DNA of 64,000 bases from Variovorax sp. (GCA_004210915.1 SEGS01000026.1:4703-68702); one strand, 5' to 3'; positions 48,647 to 58,353 are shown, numbered from the stretch's first letter. Made by a program: numbers and translations. The notes: generated from the sequence alone by a model not told the origin.

Positions 48647-49387
48647 TCAGACGGCGGCGTCGCGTGCCAGCGTCGGATGCGGCTCGTCGGCCGGGCTGGT
48701 CAGCAGCAGCTTGTAGATCAGCGCGCCGAGGATGGCGCCCACGATCGGGGCGACCCAGAACAACCACAGTTCATTCAGGGCGTACTGCGGTGCAAACAGC
48801 GCCGGGCCCGTGCTGCGCGCCGGGTTGACGGAGGTGTTGGTCACCGGGATCGACACGAGGTGAATCAGCGTCAAGCACAGGCCGATCGCGAGCCCGCCGA
48901 AGCCAGCCGGATTGCGTTTGGACGTGGCGCCCAGGATGACGATGAGGAAGATCGCCGTCAGCACCACCTCGCACAGCAGCGCCGCCGTCAGGCTGTAGCC
49001 GCCGGGCGAATGGGCGCCGAAGCCGTTGGTCGCAAAGCCGCCGATGTCGACGCCCGCCTTGCCGGTCGCGATCAGGTACAGGACCCCTGCACCCGCAATG
49101 GCGCCCAGCACCTGCGAGACCACGTAGCCGGGCAGCTCGGATGCCCGGAAGCGGCCGGCCACCACAAGGCCCACCGACACCGCCGGGTTGAAGTGCCCGC
49201 CTGAAATGCCGCCGAGCGCGTACGCGCCCGTCAACACGGTGAGGCCGAAGGCCAGCGACACGCCCGCAAAGCCGATACCGAAGCCCGGAAAGCCCGCAGC
49301 GAGCACCGCGCTGCCGCAACCACCGAAGACGAGCCAGAAAGTGCCGACGAACTCGGCCGCCCACTTCTTGAATGTGCTGTGTTCCAT
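48647..49387 (-). CDS. aqpZ: Aquaporin Z
   Basis: [42 protein letters not shown] (two NPA motifs). Confidence 0.96.
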   Translation of the reverse strand: MEHSTFKKWAAEFVGTFWLVFGGCGSAVLAAGFPGFGIGFAGVSLAFGLTVLTGAYALGGISGGHFNPAVSVGLVVAGRFRASELPGYVVSQVLGAIAGAGVLYLIATGKAGVDIGGFATNGFGAHSPGGYSLTAALLCEVVLTAIFLIVILGATSKRNPAGFGGLAIGLCLTLIHLVSIPVTNTSVNPARSTGPALFAPQYALNELWLFWVAPIVGAILGALIYKLLLTSPADEPHPTLARDAAV

Positions 49388-49583
49388 ATCCCTGAATCCT
49401 GTTGTGATGAAAAAGCAAACGCGTGCCGAGGGGCACGCGCGGCAGGATTGTGGGACGGGTTTGCTCGTTTCCTTGTGCAACAGCCAGTGTGGCACCGCAT
49501 CTGTTCACGGATTACCCGCATTTCGCTCGTTCCTGCCGGGGCTTAGATTCCGTGGGTTCACTTTTCAAACCACACGCCCCCAC

Positions 49584-50621
49584 ATGACCTCTTCTGTCTT
49601 CCTGAAAAAAGCCGCACCGGGCCTCTTGGCGCTTGCATCCCTTGTGTCGTTCAACGCCGGCGCGCAGGGCGTGGTCAATGCGCTGTGCAGCACCGATGCG
49701 CCCTGGTGCGAGGCGGCGGCCGCCGAGTTCACGCGCCAGACCGGCATCAAGGTCAACCAGGCCCACAAGGGCACCGGCGAGATCGGCGCCCAGCTGCGCG
49801 CCGAGGCGCAGAACCCCAAGACCGACATCTGGTGGGGCGGCACCGGCGATCCGTTCCTGCAGGCGGCCGAAGTCGGGCTGTTGGAGGCCTACCGCCCGGC
49901 CTACATCAACGACCTGCACGAGTGGGCGGTGCGCCAGTACGCGATGAGCGGCAACCAGGTCGGCGGCTTCTACACCAGCACGATCGGCTTCGGCTTCAAC
50001 ACCGATGTGCTCAAGAAGAAAAAGCTGGCCGAGCCCCGTTGCTGGGCCGATCTGATCAAGCCGGAATACAAGGGCGAGATCGAGATTTCGCATCCGGCGT
50101 CGAGCGGCACGGCCTACACGGCCATCGCCGGCCTCGTCCAGCAGATGGGCGAAGAGCAGGCCTTCGACTACCTCAAGAAGCTGCACCGGAACGTGACAAC
50201 CTACACGCGCAGCGGACAGGCCCAGGCGCCCAACGTGGCCAAGGGCGAGGTGGCCATCGGCATCACCTTCGCGTTCAACTTCGAGAAGTGGAAGCTGGAC
50301 AAGTTTCCGGTCAAGACAGCCGCGCCCTGCGAGGGCACGAGCTACGAGATCGGCGGCATCGCACTCGTGAAGGGCGCGCGCAACAAGGCCAACGCGCAGA
50401 AGTACTACGACTGGCTCATGAGCCCGGCCGGCCAGGCGGTCGGCGCGAAGGTCGGCAGTTACCAGACGCCGGCCAACAAGACCTTCAAGGCCGATCCGCG
50501 CATCCCCTCGATCGACAGCGTCAAGCTGATCAAGTACGACTTCGAGAAATACGGCAAGTCGGCCGAGCGGCGCCGGCTGATTGATCGGTGGACGAAGGAA
50601 GTGGAGGCGTTGCCGCGGTGA
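49584..50621 (+). CDS. ABC substrate-binding protein (AfuA/FbpA-like: iron or sugar-phosphate)
   Basis: Signal peptide; AEAQNPKTDIWWGGT, WADLIKPEYKGEI, HPASSGTAY, CEGTSYEIGGIALVKG; no permease nearby. Confidence 0.85.
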   Translation: MTSSVFLKKAAPGLLALASLVSFNAGAQGVVNALCSTDAPWCEAAAAEFTRQTGIKVNQAHKGTGEIGAQLRAEAQNPKTDIWWGGTGDPFLQAAEVGLLEAYRPAYINDLHEWAVRQYAMSGNQVGGFYTSTIGFGFNTDVLKKKKLAEPRCWADLIKPEYKGEIEISHPASSGTAYTAIAGLVQQMGEEQAFDYLKKLHRNVTTYTRSGQAQAPNVAKGEVAIGITFAFNFEKWKLDKFPVKTAAPCEGTSYEIGGIALVKGARNKANAQKYYDWLMSPAGQAVGAKVGSYQTPANKTFKADPRIPSIDSVKLIKYDFEKYGKSAERRRLIDRWTKEVEALPR

Positions 50622-50724
50622 GCGGCACAGCCGCCTGTCATTGATTCGCCACCTCGCGACGGGCTAAAGGTCGCCCAGAGGGCTTTCATCAGCGCCGCCG
50701 GGAGCGTCTGCGGCGCCTGGATAT

Positions 50725-52806
50725 CTATCGCTCGCGATGCACTGCGAAGTCAGCTTTTGCGGTGCCGCGCACGTAGACCTCCACCGGTCTCGCCTCGCGC
50801 GCAGAGGGTATCCACGGCAGCGGCAGGTTGTCGGGCACGACTTCCACCTGGTAGCTGCCGGCGGCGACAGTTGGAAAGCTGTAGTAGCCCTGTGCATCGG
50901 TGCGGGCAACGAAGCGGCGGTTCAGCATCACGGTCACGTTGGGTACGCCGCCCTCACTGGCTTCGCGTTGGCCGTTGTGGTCCTGGTCGAAGAACACATG
51001 CCCTTCGAGCCGGCCCGAGCCGCCGCCCGCACTTCCACCGATCGGTGCCGTCGCGCGCCCCGCGCTGGCCTCCCAGCGCAGGGCCACCTGCATGGTGTGG
51101 ATCGACGGCAGCGTGAGGATCGGCGCCTGCGTGGCGGTGGTCAGTGCAGACACCACGGCCGGGTTGAGCGACTCCTGGCCGCGGGCCGCCGTGTACTGCC
51201 CGATCACCGACCAGCCGCCGCCGAGTGGCCAGCTCACGCGGGCATTCGCGTTGAGGAAGCGGCCCCTGCTGGCGCCCAGTCCGTTGCTGCCGCGCAGGCT
51301 CAGGTCGATGCGAGCGTTGGCAAGAAAGGGCGTGCTGCCGAGCACCCCCCAGATCACCGAACGCGTCTGCAGGCCGGCCTGCTCGTTCTGCTCGAACGCG
51401 AGCGTGGTCGAGAGGGTCCGTGTCTCGCCGATCGCCCAGGCGTGGTCGATACCGACACGCGCGACGCTCTGGGCGCGCCCGTGTGCGAAGTCGGCGCGCC
51501 ACTGGCTCTGGCCCCACTGCGGCGAGATGTGCTCCCAGGTGAGCTGCAGCGACTGTGCGGCCAGCGTGCCGGTGCGCGCCGCGACGGTGACCGACAGCGC
51601 GTCGCGCGAATCGATTCGGTAGCGACCGAACAGGTTGCCGAACAGCGAGCGGCCCTGAAGCCCGCTCACGCTCTCGCTGAGTTCGACGTTGCCGCCGAGT
51701 TGCCACTGGCGCGTCGACACGTCGGCGCGCCAGCTCGCGCCACGCAGGTCGCCGGCGATCGGGTTGCTGCCCCAGCGCAGGGCCGGGTCGAAATGGAACA
51801 CGCTCGCGCCCTGCTGGGCCCAGTCGCTGCGCCAGGTGGCGTCGACCCAGTAGCCCGTTGCCGAGTCGCTTGGAGCGAGGGAGCCCGCATGCGAGGGCCT
51901 GCCGGTGCTGCGCGCGAGGTTAGCCTGCACGCGCAGGCCGCCGGGCCGCTCCTGCAGCGGGCCGACGCCCGGGCCGATCGCTTCGGCCCAGGGCGCGGCG
52001 CCTTGCCAGGACACCGCGCCCCAGAAAGATTGGGTGTCTTGGGCGAACCCGGGCAGGCCGTTGAGGTTGAAGTCGCGCGTGTCCACCCACTGGAACGCGG
52101 CATCGGTGCGTCCGATGCCGAGCGCGCTCTGGTCGCCGGTGAGTTGCTGCTGCACGCCGAGGCTTGCGGCGCGGCCGCGACCCACCGCGAAGCCTTGCGA
52201 ATCCAGTCCGTCAAAGAACCCGAGCCGGCCGGCCGACACGTTGAGCAGCGTGCTGCCGCCCCGCTCGAGCGTGGTGGAGACGCCTTCGATCGGCAGCGAC
52301 GGCAGCACCACCCGCCCGAGCCCGCGCGACAGCGGCGTGGCGGCGGTGTTGATGTTGCCGAGGCTGTTGTTCATGAACCAGCCGTTGGCCAGCGGCATCG
52401 CACGCTGGTCGAGACGGCCGGTGTTGCCATTGCGATAGGCCAGGCTGTAGAGATTGCCGGTCTGGCCCGAAAGGTCGTAGGCCGTCGCCGGATTGCGGTA
52501 GCGGTTGATGTTCAGGCTGGCCGAGAACGCGCCGTAATTCGGCGTGTCGAGGTAGCCGTCGAGCTTGAGCGTTTCGTTGCGCGTGTCGGTCACGCCGCGC
52601 TGGCGCAGCGACTGCAGCTCGACGCTGCCGCCGCGCGGCCAGCCGGTGTCGACGCGCTGTTCTTCCGGCGCGTCAACCGCAGCCTGCGGCGCGGAATCCA
52701 GCACGCGGTCCTCGTACGCGGCCGGCGCCGGCTCGGCGGCACGGCCGTCCAGCGCGCTGCCCGCGCCAAGCATGCCGAGCGCGAGGCCGGCCAGCCTGCG
52801 CTTCAT
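50725..52806 (-). CDS. Exported beta-rich usher-like outer-membrane protein with C-terminal SdrD-B/Cna-B-like domain
   Basis: Signal peptide; alternating beta-strand pattern; C-terminal G.VFFD.D.NG.R...EGGVPNVTV.L...TDAQGYYSF...G.Y.VEV. Usher role inferred from context. Confidence 0.65.
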   Translation of the reverse strand: MKRRLAGLALGMLGAGSALDGRAAEPAPAAYEDRVLDSAPQAAVDAPEEQRVDTGWPRGGSVELQSLRQRGVTDTRNETLKLDGYLDTPNYGAFSASLNINRYRNPATAYDLSGQTGNLYSLAYRNGNTGRLDQRAMPLANGWFMNNSLGNINTAATPLSRGLGRVVLPSLPIEGVSTTLERGGSTLLNVSAGRLGFFDGLDSQGFAVGRGRAASLGVQQQLTGDQSALGIGRTDAAFQWVDTRDFNLNGLPGFAQDTQSFWGAVSWQGAAPWAEAIGPGVGPLQERPGGLRVQANLARSTGRPSHAGSLAPSDSATGYWVDATWRSDWAQQGASVFHFDPALRWGSNPIAGDLRGASWRADVSTRQWQLGGNVELSESVSGLQGRSLFGNLFGRYRIDSRDALSVTVAARTGTLAAQSLQLTWEHISPQWGQSQWRADFAHGRAQSVARVGIDHAWAIGETRTLSTTLAFEQNEQAGLQTRSVIWGVLGSTPFLANARIDLSLRGSNGLGASRGRFLNANARVSWPLGGGWSVIGQYTAARGQESLNPAVVSALTTATQAPILTLPSIHTMQVALRWEASAGRATAPIGGSAGGGSGRLEGHVFFDQDHNGQREASEGGVPNVTVMLNRRFVARTDAQGYYSFPTVAAGSYQVEVVPDNLPLPWIPSAREARPVEVYVRGTAKADFAVHRER

Positions 52807-53618
52807 GGAACGAAGCGCAGGTCGACCGGAGTCGATCCAGACTCACCCCATTCGAGCCTGCCGCGCACCGTGACCGGAAAGCGCATCTGCACCTGCGCGT
52901 CGATGTTGCCTGGGCGGGTGGCGCTGAGTGCGATGTCGCGCGTCTCGCCGGGCAGGATTGGCGAGGTAGCGGCAGTGAACTCGAGCGAGGTGCCGCCGAC
53001 GTCGGTGCCGTTCAGGAACCCGCTCAGCCGGCCGTGTGCCGTGCCGTCGTTGCGCACCTTCAGCACCGGCACCGGCTGGCCGTTGACCTGCTGCACCGCG
53101 CTGCCGACCACGCTCAACGCGGGCTTCACGCCGCCGATCGCCACGTAGACGATCACGCCGACGCGCGCCGACAGGCCGATCGGCACGCCCGGCCCGGCCG
53201 ACTGCTCTTTGCCCTCGATCAGGATCGCGAAGCGGCACTCCATCGGCGCTGTCCCGGCCGGCGGCGTTATCTCGAAGCGGTAGCGGTAGGGCCGGCCGGG
53301 CGCGACGGTCAGCTCCTTGCGCTCGATCGCCACCCAGGGCCGGCAACTGTCGGGCGCCAGCGGCTCGGCGAACTCCACCGAACCGTCGGGCTTGAAAGTC
53401 CAGTCGGCGGTGCGCACCGTGTAGTTGCCGGGTCGCACATCGACCTGTGACAGCTCGATCACGTTGCGCAGCGGCGTGCCGGGCGTGCCGGTCAGCTCGA
53501 AGCGCGGGGGCGAGACCGCCAGCGCAAACTGCGCGACAGCGGCCGGGCAGGCCAGCACCAGGCCGAGCGCCAGCAGCGCCGCGTGGCGCCCGGGCAGGCG
53601 GGCGAAGAATGAATTCAA
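52803..53618 (-). CDS. Exported PapD/DUF916-like chaperone-type protein
   Basis: TTG start overlapping the previous stop; signal peptide; AVSPPRFEL, DW...G, SCRPWV, ARVGVIVYV, KVRNDGTAHGRL, PILPGETR two-Ig-domain pattern. Confidence 0.7.
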   Translation of the reverse strand: MNSFFARLPGRHAALLALGLVLACPAAVAQFALAVSPPRFELTGTPGTPLRNVIELSQVDVRPGNYTVRTADWTFKPDGSVEFAEPLAPDSCRPWVAIERKELTVAPGRPYRYRFEITPPAGTAPMECRFAILIEGKEQSAGPGVPIGLSARVGVIVYVAIGGVKPALSVVGSAVQQVNGQPVPVLKVRNDGTAHGRLSGFLNGTDVGGTSLEFTAATSPILPGETRDIALSATRPGNIDAQVQMRFPVTVRGRLEWGESGSTPVDLRFVP

Positions 53619-54079
53619 GGCAGCACCTCGATTTCGAAATGGAACTGGAGCGACTGCGTGCGTGTGAGCAGCCTACCGTCGGCTGCGAGGCTGAGCTGGA
53701 TCGTCTCGGTCAGGAACGGGTCGCGCACCAGCCCGTCGTACACCAGCGTGCGGCCGCCGCTGCGCAAAGCGCCCGGCAGCAGCCGGCCTTGGGTGCGCCA
53801 GCTGGCCTGCAACTGCTCGCCTTCGGTCGGCGCCAGCACCATGTAGATGCGGGCCGGTCGGTTCACCCAGCTCGCCAGGTTGAGCCGCAGCGCCACATTG
53901 ACCTGGCCCTCCACCGTGTTGTCACCAGCGCGCGAGGGTACCAGCTGGCGCCACTTCATCGCCGTCACCGGCTGGTTCACCACGGTACCGGTGTCGTCGA
54001 CGCGGTAGGTGGCGGCGCTGGTGTGGCCCGCCAGCGTTGCGGCTTGCAGCAGCGCCGTTAGCAGTGCGGCTCGCCTCAT
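53615..54079 (-). CDS. Exported hypothetical protein (154 aa), possible minor fibre subunit
   Basis: Signal peptide ending HTSA; beta-rich; ends QFHFEIEVLP; translationally coupled on both sides. Confidence 0.7.
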   Translation of the reverse strand: MRRAALLTALLQAATLAGHTSAATYRVDDTGTVVNQPVTAMKWRQLVPSRAGDNTVEGQVNVALRLNLASWVNRPARIYMVLAPTEGEQLQASWRTQGRLLPGALRSGGRTLVYDGLVRDPFLTETIQLSLAADGRLLTRTQSLQFHFEIEVLP

Positions 54080-54711
54080 GGCGCCGCCAGCTGGAAGGTG
54101 GCGCGGCCGGTGAAGGTGCCGGCCGGCGCCAGTTGCGTGTTGGCGTAGCGGAAGGTGAGGCAGCTTTCGAACCAGTTGTTGCGCGCGAGGGACATCAGCG
54201 TCTGCGTTGTGCCGCCGGCGAAGCTGCCGCTGGGCACCGTGCCCGACGTGTCCCCGTTGCCGCCCGAGACCCAGGAGATGGTGCTGAACGGAATCGTGTC
54301 GCTGGTGGTGTTGACCAGGTTCGGCGGGGTTTGTACGGTGAGCGTGGCGTTTCCGGCGGTGAGGAGCGTGCGGTAGAAGCCACCCACATACACCTGGCCG
54401 GTGCCGGGCGTGCAGAACGCGAAGTTGTCGTACGGGCTGTTGGCCGTGGTGCTGTTGGTCGCCATGGGCTGTGGGCCGGTGCCAAGTGCCGCGGCCGGCA
54501 CGGTAACGGATGCGGTGTTCACGGTCGGGTTATCGCCCGGCGTGCCGCCGCCCGAATAGGTGCCGGTGAAGCTCCCGGTGCCCACCTGCAGGTATAGCGC
54601 ACGCGCGCCCGGTGAGATGGTGATCAGAAACGCCTGCGCCGCACCGCAGCCCAGCGCGCCCGCCAGTGCGAGCACGGGGCCGAGGGATTGGGGGCGCGGG
54701 AAGGATTTCAC
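54076..54711 (-). CDS. Exported pilin-like subunit (minor/tip)
   Basis: GTG start; signal peptide ending AAQA; LYLQVGTG and VTVPAAALG shared with upstream paralogues; ends AGTFTGRATFQLAAP; Cys pair in mature region. Confidence 0.7.
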   Translation of the reverse strand: MKSFPRPQSLGPVLALAGALGCGAAQAFLITISPGARALYLQVGTGSFTGTYSGGGTPGDNPTVNTASVTVPAAALGTGPQPMATNSTTANSPYDNFAFCTPGTGQVYVGGFYRTLLTAGNATLTVQTPPNLVNTTSDTIPFSTISWVSGGNGDTSGTVPSGSFAGGTTQTLMSLARNNWFESCLTFRYANTQLAPAGTFTGRATFQLAAP

Positions 54712-54737
54712 AGTTGGCAATTGTCCCCCGGCGCCAG

Positions 54738-55382
54738 TCAGGGCATCGAAGCCGTGTAAGTGACCCGGCCGTTGTTGACGCCGACACCGCCGTAGGTGCC
54801 CGCCGCCACCACGTCGGCGTTGGCATAGCTGAAGGTCCACTGGCCTTCCCGCTGCACCATCTTGTTGCTGGCCGTGAGCAGCACCGCCGTGCCGGCCCCC
54901 CCCGTGGCATTGAACACGGGGTGGGGAATTGCGCCGTTGTTGAAGCCAGCGGTGGTCGCGGGCAGCGCGGCGCTCGCCACGCCGATGCGGTTCCAGCCGA
55001 TCTGCTGGCCTGCCACGCCGTTGGTCAGTGGGCCGGTGGTGGTCGAATTGAGCGTGATGTTGCCGCCGTTGCCCATCACCCGCACTGTGACCGCGCCGGC
55101 GCCGAGGTCGCCGCCGGTGCCCGCCACAGCGGTGCTGTTGCCGATCGCGGCGGCCGGCACGGTGAAATCAATCCGGTCGACGCTGGCGAGGTTGCTGAAG
55201 TCGGTGCCGGCGCCGACCCGCAGGTACAGCACGCGCGGGATCGTGACGATGAAGTCCAGGCGCGCGGTGGCCGACAGGTCTCCGAGGCCGAGCAGCGGCG
55301 CGTCGAAATCTGATTCGGCGTGGGTCGGGGCAAGCGCGGCGGCCAGCCCGGCCAGCAGCGCCAACCGCACCCCGATCCACAT
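54738..55382 (-). CDS. Exported pilin-like subunit (paralogue 2)
   Basis: MWIGVRL... signal peptide; ARLDFIVTIPRVLYLRVG; ends AAGTYGG...GRVTYTASMP. Confidence 0.75.
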   Translation of the reverse strand: MWIGVRLALLAGLAAALAPTHAESDFDAPLLGLGDLSATARLDFIVTIPRVLYLRVGAGTDFSNLASVDRIDFTVPAAAIGNSTAVAGTGGDLGAGAVTVRVMGNGGNITLNSTTTGPLTNGVAGQQIGWNRIGVASAALPATTAGFNNGAIPHPVFNATGGAGTAVLLTASNKMVQREGQWTFSYANADVVAAGTYGGVGVNNGRVTYTASMP

Positions 55383-55402
55383 GGTGCTCAATCCGTGGAT
55401 GC

Positions 55403-56050
55403 TCAGGGCATCGTGGCGGTGTACGTCACGCGGCCGGCGTTGGTGTCCACGCCGCCATAGGTGCCTGCTGCTAGCACGTCCTGATTCAGGTACGAGAAGG
55501 TCCAGCGGCCTTCTTCGCGGACCACGCCGTTGGTTGCGTTGAGCGTGGTGGCGGTGCCGTTGCCGGTGTTCGAGGCAGCAAACGTCGGGTGGGTGATGCC
55601 GGTGTTGTTGAAGCCGGGCGTGGTGCCGGCTGTCAAGGGCGCCGCGACAACGGCGATGCGGTTCCAGCCGACCGTCGAGCCGGCACCGTTGGTCATCGGG
55701 CCGGTGGTGGACGAGTTCAGTGAAATGGTGCTGGCGCCGTTGCCCATGACGCGGACGGTGACTGCACCGTTCGTCAGATTTCCGCTGACGGCAGTGGCGG
55801 CCACGGCAGTGCCATTGCCCACGGTGGCGGCCGGCACGGTGAAATCGATCAGGTCGACGCTGGCGTTGCTGGTGAAGCTGGTGCCGGTACCGACCTGGAG
55901 GAACAGCACGCGCGGGATGGTGATGCGGAAGTCCAGGCGTGCAGCGGCCTGGGCATTCGCGAGTGCAGGGGCCACCAGGACGGACTCGGCCTGCGCTGCG
56001 AACGGTGCGGCGAGGGCTGTCAAAATAGACATCAGAAGTAATTTTTTCAT
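55403..56050 (-). CDS. Exported pilin-like subunit (paralogue 1, probable major subunit)
   Basis: MKKLLL...AAQA signal peptide; T/G/A/N-rich; ARLDFRITIPRVLFLQVG; ends AAGTYGG...GRVTYTATMP; first gene of the cluster. Confidence 0.78.
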   Translation of the reverse strand: MKKLLLMSILTALAAPFAAQAESVLVAPALANAQAAARLDFRITIPRVLFLQVGTGTSFTSNASVDLIDFTVPAATVGNGTAVAATAVSGNLTNGAVTVRVMGNGASTISLNSSTTGPMTNGAGSTVGWNRIAVVAAPLTAGTTPGFNNTGITHPTFAASNTGNGTATTLNATNGVVREEGRWTFSYLNQDVLAAGTYGGVDTNAGRVTYTATMP

Positions 56051-56120
56051 GACAATTGAGTGGTGAAGTTGATGTGAACGGGGCGACAGCCCTCTGTCTG
56101 TGATGGCGAATGTAAGACAA

Positions 56121-56138
56121 CGACTACATCTGTAGTTG
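56121..56138. promoter_or_regulatory. Inverted repeat CGACTACA-TC-TGTAGTTG upstream of the fibre cluster
   Basis: ACTACA-NN-TGTAGT perfect core about 70 nt upstream of the 56050 start, in an AT-richer region. Confidence 0.5.
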
Positions 56139-56253
56139 ACGTTTGTTAGCGTATTTGACGGAACTGTTAAAAAAACACGCGCGATCGTGGCCGCGATGCA
56201 TCAAGCCGGCGAGAGCGGCGACATGGCGCACACGCGCACCCGCGGGGCTGTCG

Positions 56254-56280
56254 TTGAAAATGCCGCCCCGATGCCCAACT
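56254..56280 (+). promoter_or_regulatory. Candidate sigma32 (RpoH) promoter of htpG
   Basis: TTGAAA-14 nt-CCCAACT versus consensus TTGAAA-N13-14-CCCCATNT. Confidence 0.55.
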
Positions 56281-56310
56281 GCATCCCGTTCCATTTTTCT
56301 TTTGTTTCCC

Positions 56311-58353
56311 ATGACCAGCGCCAGCACCAAACTCCCCTTCCAGGCCGAAGTCGCCCAGCTTCTGCATCTCGTCACCCACGCGCTCTACTCCAACAAGGAA
56401 ATCTTCCTGCGCGAGCTCATCTCGAACGCGTCGGATGCCTGTGACAAGTTGCGCTTCGAAGCGCTCGACCAGCCTGACCTGTACGAAGACCAGCCCGATC
56501 TGGATGTGCGTATTTCGTTCGACAAGGCGGCGAAGACGCTGACCATCACCGACAAGGGCATCGGGCTGTCACGCCAGGAGGCGATCGACAACCTCGGCAC
56601 GATCGCCAAGAGCGGCACCAAGGACTTCATGAGCAAGCTCTCAGGTGACCAGAAGGCCGACGCACAACTCATCGGCCAGTTCGGCGTGGGCTTTTATTCG
56701 GGTTTCATCGTGGCCGACAGGATCACGGTCGAGTCGCGGCGCGCGGGCAAGCCGGCCGAAGAGGGCGTGCGCTGGGCCAGCGGCGGGGCGGGTGACTTCG
56801 AGGTCGACCAGATTACGCGCCCGCAGCGCGGCACCAGCGTTACGCTGCACCTGCGCGACGATGCCGAGGAGTACCTCAACGCCTGGAAGATCAAGTCCAT
56901 CGTCGGCAAGTACTCCGACCACATCTCATTGCCGATCCTCATGGAGAAAGAGGAGTGGAAGGAGGGCGAGAACGACCAGCCGGGCGATATGGTCAAGACC
57001 GGCGAATGGGAAACGGTTAACAAGGCCAACGCGCTGTGGGCCCGTCCGAAAAAGGACATCACACCCGAGCAGTACGAAGATTTCTACAAGGCCGTGAGCC
57101 ATGACTTCGAAGCGCCGCTGGCCTGGAGCCACAACCGCGTCGAAGGCAGCACCGAGTACACGCAACTGCTCTACATCCCGGCCAAGGCGCCCTTCGATCT
57201 GTGGAACCGCGACAAGAGCGCGGGCGTCAAGCTTTACGTGCGGCGCGTGTTCATCATGGACGATGCCGAGGCGCTGATGCCCAGCTACCTGCGCTTCGTC
57301 AAGGGCGTGATCGACTCGGCCGATCTGCCGCTGAATGTGAGCCGCGAACTGCTGCAGGAAAGCCGCGATGTGAAGGCGATCCGCGAAGGCAGCACGAAGC
57401 GCGTGCTCGGCATGCTGGAGGACCTGGCGAAGAAGCAGACGACCGCCGCCACCGAAAGCGCCGAAGGCAAGATCGACGTCGGCTCCGGCGAATCGGTGCC
57501 GGCGCCCGAGCCGACCGATAGCATCACCGACGTGGTCGACAAGAACGCCGACGTGCAGCCGGCCGCCGAAACCGCCGCCGCCTTCGCGGCCGATGCCGGC
57601 AAGTACGCGACCTTCTATGCCGAGTTCGGCGCGGTGCTCAAGGAGGGCCTGGGCGAAGACCACGCCAACCGGGAGCGCATCGCGAAACTGCTGCGCTTCG
57701 CTTCCTCCACCACCGACACCGTGACCGTCGGCTTTGCCGACTACAAGGCGCGCATGAAGGACGGCCAGGAGGCCATCTACTACATCACCGCCGATTCGCT
57801 GGCCGCTGCCAAGCACAGCCCGCAACTCGAAGTCTTCAAGAAGAAGGGCATCGAAGTGCTGCTGATGACCGATCGGGTCGACGAGTGGGCGCTCAACTAC
57901 CTGAACGACTTCGACGGTACGCCGTTGCAGAGCGTGGCCAAGGGCGCAGTCGACCTCGGCAAGCTGCAGGACGAGGACGAGAAGAAGGCCGCGGAAGAAG
58001 CCGCCGAAGCCTTCAAGCCGCTGCTCGAGAAGCTGAAGGAGGCGCTCAAGGACAAGGCCGAAGACGTGCGGGTGACCACGCGCCTGGTCGACTCACCGGC
58101 CTGCCTGGTGGTGTCCGACGGCGGCATGAGCACGCAGCTCGCGCGCATGCTCAAGCAGGCCGGCCAGCCCGCGCCCGACCTGAAGCCGGTGCTGGAAGTG
58201 AATGCCGACCATCCGCTGGTGAAGAAGCTCGACGGTTCGGCGCATTTCGACGACCTGGCGAACATCCTGTTCGACCAGGCGCTGCTGGCCGAAGGCGGCA
58301 TGCCGGCCGACCCGGCGGCGTATGTGCGCCGCGTGAACGGCCTGCTGGTCTGA
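56311..58353 (+). CDS. htpG: Molecular chaperone HtpG (Hsp90)
   Basis: [54 protein letters not shown]-type segment, [11 protein letters not shown]. Confidence 0.97.
   Translation: MTSASTKLPFQAEVAQLLHLVTHALYSNKEIFLRELISNASDACDKLRFEALDQPDLYEDQPDLDVRISFDKAAKTLTITDKGIGLSRQEAIDNLGTIAKSGTKDFMSKLSGDQKADAQLIGQFGVGFYSGFIVADRITVESRRAGKPAEEGVRWASGGAGDFEVDQITRPQRGTSVTLHLRDDAEEYLNAWKIKSIVGKYSDHISLPILMEKEEWKEGENDQPGDMVKTGEWETVNKANALWARPKKDITPEQYEDFYKAVSHDFEAPLAWSHNRVEGSTEYTQLLYIPAKAPFDLWNRDKSAGVKLYVRRVFIMDDAEALMPSYLRFVKGVIDSADLPLNVSRELLQESRDVKAIREGSTKRVLGMLEDLAKKQTTAATESAEGKIDVGSGESVPAPEPTDSITDVVDKNADVQPAAETAAAFAADAGKYATFYAEFGAVLKEGLGEDHANRERIAKLLRFASSTTDTVTVGFADYKARMKDGQEAIYYITADSLAAAKHSPQLEVFKKKGIEVLLMTDRVDEWALNYLNDFDGTPLQSVAKGAVDLGKLQDEDEKKAAEEAAEAFKPLLEKLKEALKDKAEDVRVTTRLVDSPACLVVSDGGMSTQLARMLKQAGQPAPDLKPVLEVNADHPLVKKLDGSAHFDDLANILFDQALLAEGGMPADPAAYVRRVNGLLV

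Noticed and set aside
56051-56250. Possible c-di-GMP riboswitch upstream of the fibre cluster
   Set aside because: No GCAAAC...GNRA...ACGCAAAGC or class II pattern visible
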